The notes under the pieces are model-generated. The model had not been told where the DNA came from. It searched no databases and saw nothing but the letters and a program-made list of their open reading frames with translations. From the NCBI GenBank assembly GCA_024704765.1, contig JAKMXF010000309.1, positions 349,887-413,886 of the forward strand: DNA of 64,000 nt, read 5' to 3'. Origin of the DNA: Oopsacas minuta. Taxonomy: Eukaryota; Animalia; Porifera. Of this stretch, positions 49,217-59,626 are shown one piece after another. The position numbers and the translations under genes were made by a program. Numbering within the stretch: position 1 is the first letter of the stretch; the number at the start of each line of letters is the position of its first letter.

Positions 49217-50660
49217 ATGGAAGTTTCATTTTCCGAGCCTTACCAACACACATCTGGCTTATGTGAGTTTTCTCCAGACGGAAGGTTTCTAGCTAGCTGT
49301 TGTCAGTGCAGATTATCACTACGAGATGCTGCTACACAGCATGTACTGTATCTACACACTACACTAGACCCTATACAGTATATTGAATGGTCACCTGATT
49401 CCTTACTCATACTATGTGCTATGTACAGACGGGGTATCGTGCAGGTATGGTCATTGGAGCATAGCGAATGGAGCTGTAAGATAGATGAGGGCCTATGTGG
49501 TCTAGTGTCGGCTGTTTGGACATCTGACAGCAGAAATATTCTCACTACTTGTCAATTCCATCTCAGAATGACTGTATGGTCTCTTGTTAATAAATCAGTT
49601 TCTTATCTCAAATGGCCTAAATTGGAGAAAGGTAATATGAATACAGAAATATGCAATAGATACCGGTTATAAGAACACCCATGGGAGTAGCAAAATGTTC
49701 TTATAACCGGTATACTGTATTTCTGTAGGAAGTGTATCTTTCACTAAGAACGGTAAATTAATGTGTCTAGCAGAGCGAAGAGATGGAAAAGATCATGTTA
49801 GTGTATTTAACCTCGCTTCCTGGGCTATGTTATCTAACTTCCAAGTAACTACTGAGGATCTAGCTGCTATACAGTTCTCTCCTGATTGCTCACATATTTG
49901 TGTGTTAGATTCCGCGATATTCTGTAAACTAGCTGTTTATTCAATAGACGGTAGATGTCTAGCTGATGTATCTCCGTACTCCAATGCTTTAGGGCTTAGA
50001 TGTATGGACTGGTCGGATTCAGGACAGCTCCTAGCTATAGGGGCCTATGACCAGAAGATCCGTATACTCAATCATCTTACTTGGAGTATTCTCTTAGAAT
50101 TTGAACACAGCTCTCCTATAGAGCAGAGAGAAGTTAATGTGTTTGTAGAAACGGAATCAAAGCCTAATTTCAGTAAAGATATACATCAGAAACTTAGGAA
50201 GTTTGAGAAGAATACATCTAGTCGTTATGAGACTAAAGATACTCCTTTCACTATTCCTGCTCGTAAACCAAATCCCAAGGAAGCTGATCCTAAAATCGGT
50301 GTATCAAATTTAAAGTTTAGTCCAGACAGCTCATTACTAGCTAGTAAGAATGAAAATATGCCAAATACTGTATGGATATGGAGTGTTAAGAAGGTGCGAT
50401 TAACCGCAGTTCTCACTCACTTGAACGAAGTGAAATGTTTCGCATGGGACCCCTGTCAATCACGTTTAGCTATATGTACAGGTTCTTATAAAATATATCT
50501 TTGGTCTCTATCATGTAACGGAGCTTTTGCAGCTGATTTACCATCTCTAAATAGTTTCTCAGTCCGCAGCTTACGATGGCATCCAAGCGGATCTTCACTA
50601 CTCATCTGTTCTAATACACACTTCTATATATGCTACTTTGATGACATCACCACTGAATAA
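49217..50660 (+). CDS. WRAP73: WD repeat protein WRAP73 (WDR8), 2 exons
   Basis: [63 protein letters not shown]. Intron ~49632-49729 holds a family-D MITE. Confidence 0.92.
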
Positions 50661-50762
50661 CTCTTTTGTCACTCTAATTAATCTCTTATTTGATTTTAAT
50701 AATTATATTTTATCACTAATTATATTATTTTATTGTAGTAGATAAAACAGTGACGTCATAAA

Positions 50763-52817
50763 ATGTGTGAAGAATTCAATTTCTTGTCTCACACAGAGCG
50801 CAGACATTTGCTTGCTGGGATTAAGGCACAAGTTTGGGAGATAATTCCCTATATAGAAGATTCTGATAAACTATTCTCTATCTTATCTCCTCTCTCTCCG
50901 ACAGAGGCTCGTCTGTTGTTGGTTTATGGGGCGGGACCTCCTAGCCCTCATTCTTGGACAACATTCAAACAGTCCCCCTGGTTAGAACTTCTTCACAGTC
51001 TCTGGGACGGACAAGACAAGCGAGTAGATAGATTAATAGAATTGTATGATTTTCCTCCTGATTCTCCTGGTTTATCAAACTCATGTACTCATCTCGTGTC
51101 ACCTGCCATCGCCCTGTCACGCTCTCTTGAAGTAGAAGCTCTTGACTTCTTACTAGACAAGTATTGTATCAGTATAGATCTGCATTCGAGCAAATTCGTT
51201 ATTTCTACACCATTAATTGAAACAGTTAAGGATTGTGACGTCATGATAGTACATCAAATAATGCTTAACTTGATTAAGAGAGGAGCTAATGTAAACTCTG
51301 TTACGAGAGAATTGAAGCAGAGTTGTCTACATATAATACTCACTAGATCTCGTGTAAGTAAGGATCTATTCAGATTACTACTGGAGAATGGAGCTGATAT
51401 AAATCTACCAGATGCGAAAGGTAACACCCCACTACACTATATTGTAGAGAAGAATATATACAAACTATTTCCTATTATTACAGAGTTTGTATTGTCTGGT
51501 AAGATAGAATTGCTATTATTACGTAATAATAATAATTTCACACCTCTGATGTATGCTGTATATGAATCTGATGTCAAGAGCTCTTTATTCCTGCTGGAAC
51601 ACTGTGAACTCTCTGTAGCAACCGTTAGACAGAATAGGTATTTGTATATAATTAGTAGTGAGAAGAAATATATTTATAGAAAGAAAATGCGACGTACTTT
51701 ACTATGCTGTATAAAGCATGGTTTAGGAACTGGTAGTATAGACCATGGATATCTTAAAGATGAGTTCTGTGACGCAGAAAAGCTCTCAGACATAGATCCC
51801 CTGACAGAAACAGCTGTTAGACTTCTCATAAACTCATATTTCTATCGTGACGTCAGTGTCGGTATGCCTAATCCTGTGTTAGATATGGAAATGAGGAGAA
51901 CTTGTAAAAGAGTTTGTAATAGGAAATATAGGAAGTATAATTTGGGTGTTGCTAATTTGACACCTATACATCAGCTGACTGCTTGTTGTCTACAGCTGTT
52001 CATGGATCCTTACCCTGGGCTGAACAAATGCTCTATCCTCTCAGAATATTTCGTACATAAGATGGATATTTCGCGAGAACTCTATGCTCTTATTAAAGTG
52101 TCTAGTCAGTTTGTAGACCAAACAGTATTCGATACAATGCATCCAATTGTTAGCGAGTATTTTGAAGTTAATATACTCAATCTTATCAACCATCCTCTGT
52201 CTTTGGTATGTAATGCTTGGGAAGAACTCATAACTGTTTCTATCACTTATTTATGGCTCTGCTATGAACATGTTGCGCTATTCGCAGAAACCAAGGAGAT
52301 CCTGTATGAATACATTTTTCGTATTATTCACAAATTCCATACATTTGCTGGTAGAAAGCATTCTCTGATCTCTAGCATTATAATTGCATTATCTTCTCCC
52401 AAGCTAGATTTGTGTGTTAATCTCAAAGGCATTGTTAAAATAACTCCAATCATTTTAGTGGATTTTTTAATGGAATTTGGAGCATCTTTGAACACCCGCG
52501 GATGTGATGGCACTACTCCTCTGCATTTAGCTAGCGTCTACAAAAACCAAGAATTAGTACAATATTTGCTGGAGCGAAACGCAGATCCGTCTGCATTAGA
52601 TTATCTACAAGATAGTTGTGTTAGTTATTTTGCGGTTTTTGACATAGAATACAGCCTTCCTCGCATTTCTACTCTCAAAATATTATCCAGAGATACTGTG
52701 CTTAGGAATAAGCTTAACTACAAGCAATTTTATATGGAGAATCTATCTGAGAAAAATTTTACGAATATTTTAGAATTTATAAATTTGAGCAGACCTTATA
52801 TGGAATTAATTAATTAA
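50763..52817 (+). CDS. Ankyrin-repeat protein with a C-terminal BC/VHL-box-like motif (FEM1-like), intronless
   Basis: Ankyrin repeats (GANVNSV, GADINLPDAKGNTPLHY, GTTPLHLAS..LLERNAD) and STLKILSRDTV near the C-terminus. Confidence 0.7.
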   Translation: MCEEFNFLSHTERRHLLAGIKAQVWEIIPYIEDSDKLFSILSPLSPTEARLLLVYGAGPPSPHSWTTFKQSPWLELLHSLWDGQDKRVDRLIELYDFPPDSPGLSNSCTHLVSPAIALSRSLEVEALDFLLDKYCISIDLHSSKFVISTPLIETVKDCDVMIVHQIMLNLIKRGANVNSVTRELKQSCLHIILTRSRVSKDLFRLLLENGADINLPDAKGNTPLHYIVEKNIYKLFPIITEFVLSGKIELLLLRNNNNFTPLMYAVYESDVKSSLFLLEHCELSVATVRQNRYLYIISSEKKYIYRKKMRRTLLCCIKHGLGTGSIDHGYLKDEFCDAEKLSDIDPLTETAVRLLINSYFYRDVSVGMPNPVLDMEMRRTCKRVCNRKYRKYNLGVANLTPIHQLTACCLQLFMDPYPGLNKCSILSEYFVHKMDISRELYALIKVSSQFVDQTVFDTMHPIVSEYFEVNILNLINHPLSLVCNAWEELITVSITYLWLCYEHVALFAETKEILYEYIFRIIHKFHTFAGRKHSLISSIIIALSSPKLDLCVNLKGIVKITPIILVDFLMEFGASLNTRGCDGTTPLHLASVYKNQELVQYLLERNADPSALDYLQDSCVSYFAVFDIEYSLPRISTLKILSRDTVLRNKLNYKQFYMENLSEKNFTNILEFINLSRPYMELIN

Positions 52818-53091
52818 TTAATTAATTCTGTTTAATTTTTTGTGTTTTGTAACATCTTTATTAGCAAATTCATATTTCTTATATTTCCTATGCAATCTCG
52901 CCTTATTTAATTGGGAAATTGCATGTTATTGGATATTTTATAAACACATATAGGCAGACTGTATAATATTAATTCCCATTTAATTTGAAATGTTGTTTAA
53001 TACAAGTTACAAGAATGCATACAAAAGTGAGTAATATTAGTTAATATTATTTATAAAGTAAGTGTATAAGAGAATAACGTAAAAGAGTTTG

Positions 53092-53421
53092 TTAGTTATC
53101 TGCCCACTTAAACGGATCGAATATATGAATTTCTGTTTGTGCTGAATGTCTATAACTTTTGAGTTCTCTTTCTAATCGAATCTTTTCTTGCATTAAAATT
53201 TCTTTCTGGAATTTTAGTGTGTTTATTTCATCTCTCTCTTTCGTACGAAATCTCTTCCCGTAGCATCTAATTCGTAATAATCTTCTGTAACTTTTCAATT
53301 CTTTCATTTGATCTTCATTCAATCCTTTCGAATGAGCTTTAGCTTTCAATTCAGAGTTTCCTAATTTGCAAACTTCCTCCTCACTTAACCCGTATGTATT
53401 TTGTGTTATCTTCCTTGGCAT
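53092..53421 (-). CDS. Divergent small-Maf-like bZIP, paralog 1
   Basis: LSEEEV..L..EL..GLNEDQMKELKSYRRLLRIRCY matches the Maf extended homology region and basic region; short zipper. Confidence 0.75.
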   Translation of the reverse strand: MPRKITQNTYGLSEEEVCKLGNSELKAKAHSKGLNEDQMKELKSYRRLLRIRCYGKRFRTKERDEINTLKFQKEILMQEKIRLERELKSYRHSAQTEIHIFDPFKWADN

Positions 53422-53929
53422 TTCTATTTATCTTTTATTTGTTCAATTGTAACTTAATATTTCTTATATTTATACGAATTTATATATAACAACAGCCCTT
53501 ATATCACATGTTAATAGCTTGTCTTTCTGTTTCTTGATTAGAAAAGCTATTCTTTCCTAGAATTTGAATACTAAAATTGTTTATATTATAGTTTGTTGAT
53601 TTGTAGAACCATTACGGGAATTCAATTTGGACAATTTCCTAAGAATTCCCTGTTTTATTAATATCAGCATTATGTATTGATTTGGTTCTTTTCACAAGTT
53701 TAATTGAATTAGAATGACTTTATCTTACACGCGACGAGTTTCTCTTTAACATAATTATAGAGTTTATAGGTTTATCTATCTATTTGTTTGTTTGTAATGC
53801 CTTTAAAGTTAAGGCCATTTCTAGCTGTAAGAACTCAGGCAAATTCTGAGCAATGACAAGTTCAGTGAATATGAAATTAATATTACGTGATGTAATAGTA
53901 ATACGATAATGCTAATTTGTATTATTTAT

Positions 53930-54330
53930 TGTATTTTGGTATTATTTTATTATTTTTTTCATTCATTAGAATGACATTTACGTTTAAGCAAATTATTCAC
54001 ATCCGGTATTTGCATATTTGTATGATAATTATAATAATTACAAACTTAATCATTCACCATCAAGTTTGTAATGATTCTAGGAGTATTTGCTTGAATTTAA
54101 TTCTAAGCATTTTCCATTCTTTGAGTTTTTGAAATGCCAAATCTTATCAGAATTTATCCATATTTATGAATTCCTCTACAGATATGTTGAGAGTTATCAC
54201 GAAAATATTCCTAACTCTCATTCTTTGATTTATAGCAATTTACCACCCCTTTTCACTGAATATTATTTATTTTACAAGTGTCCATATTTTGTCTGATCTC
54301 TCCATTTCGTCCGAATCATTATTTGAATTA
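53930..54330 (-). pseudogene. Possible decayed coding relic, weakly Death-domain-like
   Basis: One frame reads KIWTLVK*...EEFINMDKF**DLAFQKLKEWKM...ILLESL with several stops; pattern judged by eye only. Confidence 0.2.
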
Positions 54331-55560
54331 GTCCCTTGCTGTTGTTATTGATGTTTACAAGTTCTATTTCATTTTTTTTACTTATGTTACTTTTGGGTGA
54401 ACTCGTTACCTCTGGGTTCTAACACGTGAATGTTCTTACGTGCAGAACTTGCTCCTTTCCTTCATAATGATTCGACAACTATTTCTATTATTAGTTTGAA
54501 TATATTTAATACTAATTAACAAGGACATAGTAGGTCCACTGTGACTAATTGGAAACTGCAAATATAGCATTTGACTGTAACAATTATGTTACCTCATTCA
54601 TGCTCCTATAATCTCTATGAAATACTATTAGTCATGTTCTATGTCTATATATGGTTACTGGTTATAACCTTATTTCCTTATTATATATATTGTACCAACT
54701 CCTGTTATATCAAGAACGGATATATCGACCACAGGCCCTTTCGATATAATCTAAGGTCCTCATATATTCTCGAATACTTTCAATTTACACTCTCTAACTC
54801 TGCTAACATAGAACTGAATTATATAACCAAGTGGTTAGATACCAGTAATTCCTAAAATGGGACTCCGGGTCTGTTCCATTGATCAGTTAGCCGATATTTT
54901 CGTATCATTAATACCGTAAGCCGCAGTTGCGATTCTTACCCACACCCCAGGCAACTTTACAAGGTCTTAGTGATCTTTGCTTCCTAGAATTTACTACCAA
55001 ACTCCACACGATCAGTTATAAACATAATATCTCTGTTAGCTAATAAATATTATTTCAAATAGTTAGACCTTGTGCATGACTCTATTTGCCATTTAGATTA
55101 CTACTCAGTCACATTACAATCAATTCACGAGATAGTCTTATGGCAGAATTAGTTTAAGGAATTATTTTTGGTTTTAGATTAGTCATTATTATTTAGACAC
55201 AATTGTTTTTGTTCTAAATATAAATTTGGAATTTCCGTCCTCATCAGGCGGACAGCTTCATCCTGGTTACGAGGATCACATGAAAATGTTGTAAAAAGAA
55301 ATCTGATATCTCATTTTAAAATGATTCATATTGAAAGTATTTCGGCTGTATTTCGCTCGCCAGTATTTTTGATTCGTGTAATGTAGAGGATTGATTAGAA
55401 ATTATTAATGTTATGAGCTATTGCTAACATAGATATTTTCATAACTAGCAAAAAGATTTATAATCACTTGCTATTTAATTTAACAGAATTGATGCTTATT
55501 AATGAGGTAATTATGCTGTAGCGAATGTGAGTTGTATTGCTAGTCTATTTTGAGTTGTAG

Positions 55561-55926
55561 TTATAAGTATTGTGGCTGTGATAATATTAGGGGAGATTCT
55601 ATGGTCAGGATGTTATCTAGGAGTTCAATAACTTCCATAACTGAGTTCTGATCTTTATACCATTCTATTTCTTGTTTGAGCAGTGCTACCTCTCTCTGCC
55701 AAATACGTTTCTCCTCTCGTAATCTGTCCAGATATAACCTTTCTCTCTTCCTGAAATCTCTCCCGTAACTTCTGACCTTCAATAAACGTCTGTAATTCTT
55801 TATTGCCTCTACTTCTACATCAGTTAATCCTCTCTCCTTCGCTAAAGATACCAAATCTTGCATGTCTAGATCTGTTATCTCAGTCTCACTCATACCAAAT
55901 GTATCTATGCTAAATCTAGTCGGCAT
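55561..55926 (-). CDS. Divergent small-Maf-like bZIP, paralog 2
   Basis: MSETEITDLDMQDL..GLTDVEVEAIKNYRRLLKVRSYGRDFRKRER plus zipper. Confidence 0.75.
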   Translation of the reverse strand: MPTRFSIDTFGMSETEITDLDMQDLVSLAKERGLTDVEVEAIKNYRRLLKVRSYGRDFRKRERLYLDRLREEKRIWQREVALLKQEIEWYKDQNSVMEVIELLDNILTIESPLILSQPQYL

Positions 55927-56400
55927 TGTTTTTGATTTGAATTGTTCGTTTCTTATTTAATAATTTCAAGTCTCCATATTTATAGTTTGGAGATTTTGTG
56001 ATTCTTTTAGTGTCATTATATATTCGTTTTCCGATTCTTAACAGTATCAACCAATCTTCTATCTCTTCGATGAAATATCACTGTTTTAATTACAATAGAA
56101 CTTTTAGCTTAAGTTTCAGTACTAGCTTAGTTGCAATTATATCGAATAAACATTTTCATTTAGGAAATATTTCGATGCTCTTTACCTTCTAGGAATAATT
56201 GTTTTAGATTTTTGTCGCATTGTTTTTGCTTGGTTCCATTTCCTTATATTTGTAGCTTATTTCTTATAAACATTTTATTACGAGCAATGTAAAGTTACTT
56301 ATCTGTAGGACTTGTAATATGTTATTGTTTAGTTTGTAACTAATTCAGTAAGGTTACAATAAGCAATTGTTATTTATTATAAACTCAAGTATTTTGTAAA

Positions 56401-56730
56401 TTAATAAGGATAGAATTGCTCCAAAATTTCTATAGTCTCCATAATAGAAATCTGATTTTGATACCATTCAATCTCTTCCTTCAAAAGTATGGTCTTTCTC
56501 TCCCAAATAAGTTTATCTTGTCTCAGTCGAGTGATTGAATCTCTTTCTCTCTTTCTGAAATCTTTTCCATAATTACGAACTTTTAACAGTCGTCTGTAAG
56601 ATTTTAACTTTTTGATCTGCTCCCTAGATAATCTCCTATCTCTTCCTGTCTGCAGGAATTCTGTATGAGTTTGACTCATAATTTCCTCTTCACTAAGGCC
56701 ATACGTGTCTATACTAATTCTCTTTGGCAT
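56401..56730 (-). CDS. Divergent small-Maf-like bZIP, paralog 3
   Basis: LSEEEIMS..EF..RLSREQIKKLKSYRRLLKVRNYGKDFRKRER plus zipper. Confidence 0.75.
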   Translation of the reverse strand: MPKRISIDTYGLSEEEIMSQTHTEFLQTGRDRRLSREQIKKLKSYRRLLKVRNYGKDFRKRERDSITRLRQDKLIWERKTILLKEEIEWYQNQISIMETIEILEQFYPY

Positions 56731-58026
56731 TTCTCTATTTTGCTCGATTTTTGAATTTAAAATATATACTATTCTATTTATAATACTTCCATGCTAACCC
56801 AATTTCCTAGAATACTTATTGTCACTAACAAGTATCGTGATTTTTATTTCTTGATGTGTAACGAAATGTGTATATGTCATAGTGAAAATGGATTTATTTA
56901 TAATAATATAGATATTGTTCAATTTCTGCACGGAGTTATACGTTATAAACATTTGTAATACATTTATCAATGCTTTGTTTATTATAATTATCACTGCAAT
57001 ATTTCCTATGTTATTCTATTTGGTATTATAACATACAAATGATTGCAAGAATTCACTGAACTAGCATAATTAGATCATCATATTATTGGGTATTTAAGAC
57101 TCACACACTCCGTGACTTTTTGGTTAGAACTATTTCCAGAAATTCTCGGGTACAAATGCATGACTCTGCGAGTAGACAATGCTGTTGTGCCAGGCAATAT
57201 TATACATTTGTTTGCTGGGATAGATGACTAGCAGAGATGGAGCTTGAGTATTCAATGGCTAAGTTCATTACTACAGCCTTGATATTTACGTAATAATATT
57301 TATAATTTGATCATTGCTCCTCCCATTAAACTTGTGATTATTTTTGTAATAATTTCTATGTAATAATGATTAATGAAGTTTGGTAGCAGTACTAGAATTA
57401 TGAATGTAAATGGAATATTTATTGTTAAGGTTATTTCTCTGATAGGAATTATAATTTCAATTTACATTTGAGTATTAAAATTCAATAAATTCAAACAATT
57501 AACTGTAATGTTTATTGTACAAATTTATTGACTCTTTTTATTTTAGTTTCAATATTCAAACTTGGTTAATTATTAGAAAATATCCTACTAATTGCTCAAA
57601 AGACTTTCATTATTATTAATCAATTATATCTCCATAAACATACACTAGCTTACCGAACTCATGTCTTACACTAGCCAATTCGGCTATAGAATTTATCAAA
57701 GATTCTATTCCGGTTAAATAACAGAGTTTGATCCGTATTGGAATCGTAGAAATGATGTGAGCTGGAAGTTCTGTAGAATTGACGATCTCATCATAACATT
57801 ATTTAATATAACTACTTATCAGCAGAATATCAGAATATTTCATAATACTGCTTATCAAACATATACAGTGCTAGGACAGTTGGTGCTAGTCCCTATTGGG
57901 TGTCCTACAGATTACAAATTATTCATGGTAATCAGCTCTATCAGGTCACAATCAAATGGAAAAGTATTTGATATTCTTTGAAAATAATAATTGCATTAAC
58001 CGTGGATCCAAGTTAATTTATTAATT

Positions 58027-58704
58027 TCAACTTTCAATGAATTCTAGTTTATCTTTAAGAGCTGATATCCCCCTCTGTGTCATTTTAAGCTTCTTGCTAA
58101 TTTCCTTGATTTGACTTGCAATACAAGAATTTGCAATTTCTAACCGAACTAAGTTTTCCTTCTCAATCGCTGCTACATCCATCTTCTCCAGAGGATATCC
58201 CTTATTGTCTGTCAGTTTAGTACTGGTTATACCGCGATGTAGAGTACGGCTGGGATCTATGAATACGAACTCGTCATAAGTCTGATATATAACTGGTACT
58301 TTATCAGGATCTTCTCCGAATAGCTTTATAGGATGGTAGAACTGTACTGGCCGTTCATTCTGATCAATAAATATAACTTTAACTCCAGCTTCAAATTCTC
58401 CCCATCCGGTCTCTGACACCTGGTAAGGAGGCTTCGTTACTATTCGTGTAGGGGTGTGGTAACTGTCATGCAGACGGAACTCTACCTATATTACGTCACG
58501 TGTGTAATAGTATAATGGTAATACTGTATAACTAACCTGATGGATGTATGGCATATCTTCTCCCTCCAGTGACTGTAGGAATAGTGTCCAAGAGTGTGTG
58601 TGTCCGTCTTCTCGCTTCTCACTCAGTAGTCTAGCTACTGTACCGTATACGATTGGTTTTACTATTGTAACTCCTCGCATACGTCCGTGTGTAGCATTCT
58701 CCAT
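58027..58704 (-). CDS. YEATS4: YEATS domain protein 4 (GAS41), 2 exons
   Basis: GVTIVKPIVYG, DGHTHSWT, (EF)RLHDSY..PTRIVTKPPYQVSETGWGEFE and C-terminal coiled coil. Confidence 0.93.
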
Positions 58705-58739
58705 AAGCTATTTATTTATAAATAGTTATACAGTTATTA

Positions 58740-59516
58740 TTAGTTTATAATAAGTTTAATGTTCTTTAAGATTTCACAAATATTATCTCTTATTTCGCTA
58801 CTTTTGAGAGTTATACCGCTCTCCTCGCCCCAGCTTATAGGCAGAGAGATAGGGAGAGTTCCTAAGAACCGAACTTCCATTTCACCAGCTAAACTCTTAC
58901 AGCCTTCAGAAGAGAATATGTTAGTACACTCAGTACAGTTAGGACAAACAAACCCACTCATATTCTCAATCAATCCAAGTATAGGTAGTGACATCTTATG
59001 ACAGAACGTTATTTCTCTTCTGACGTCATTCAATGCTACTATCTGCGGTGTGCTTACTATAAGAGCACTTTTGTTTCTGTCTGCTAGAGCTTCTAAGATA
59101 GAGATATGCTCGTCACTAGTACCTGGGGGTGTGTCAATAAATAGATAGTCTAATGTACTCCATGATACCTCTCTCAACAGCTGTGTTATCATAGATTTCT
59201 TCTTAGGCCCTCTCCAGATGATCGGATCATCTTGTTTCTCTAGGAAGAATCCTATTGACATGGCTAGTATAGGAGGATCAGATTTCGTCAGGACAGGCCT
59301 CCAACCATTCGCGTCCTGTAGAACCTCTGTGCCTTGTAACCCCATCATTTTAGGAAGGGAGGGTCCGCACAGGTCTAAGTCTAGTACCCCTACTCTGTAC
59401 CCCTCTGATGAGAGCTGTAACGCTAGCAAGGTAGTAACAGTACTCTTACCTACTCCACCCTTGCCTGACAGAACTAGAATAATATTCTCAATTGAGTTAT
59501 TATCTGAAGTAGCCAT
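58740..59516 (-). CDS. NUBP2: Cytosolic Fe-S assembly factor NUBP2 (Cfd1), intronless
   Basis: SGKGGVGKST, DLDLCGPS, IIWRGPKK, DTPPGTSDEH, ENMSGFVCPNC; lacks the N-terminal Cys cluster of NUBP1. Confidence 0.93.
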   Translation of the reverse strand: MATSDNNSIENIILVLSGKGGVGKSTVTTLLALQLSSEGYRVGVLDLDLCGPSLPKMMGLQGTEVLQDANGWRPVLTKSDPPILAMSIGFFLEKQDDPIIWRGPKKKSMITQLLREVSWSTLDYLFIDTPPGTSDEHISILEALADRNKSALIVSTPQIVALNDVRREITFCHKMSLPILGLIENMSGFVCPNCTECTNIFSSEGCKSLAGEMEVRFLGTLPISLPISWGEESGITLKSSEIRDNICEILKNIKLIIN

Positions 59517-59626
59517 CTAATTGGGATATTAGTTTGGAAGATAAATTGTAAAACAATTGCAGTGAAATAATGTAAAAGAGTTTTAAATCTGCTTAGTTTA
59601 GTCAGAAAACATAATTAATTAAAAGC

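Noticed and set aside
5327-59520. Many short antisense ORFs overlapping real CDSs (e.g. 5327, 6428, 13286, 43133, 46737, 58759, 59218)
   Set aside because: Shadow frames of genuine exons with no independent support.
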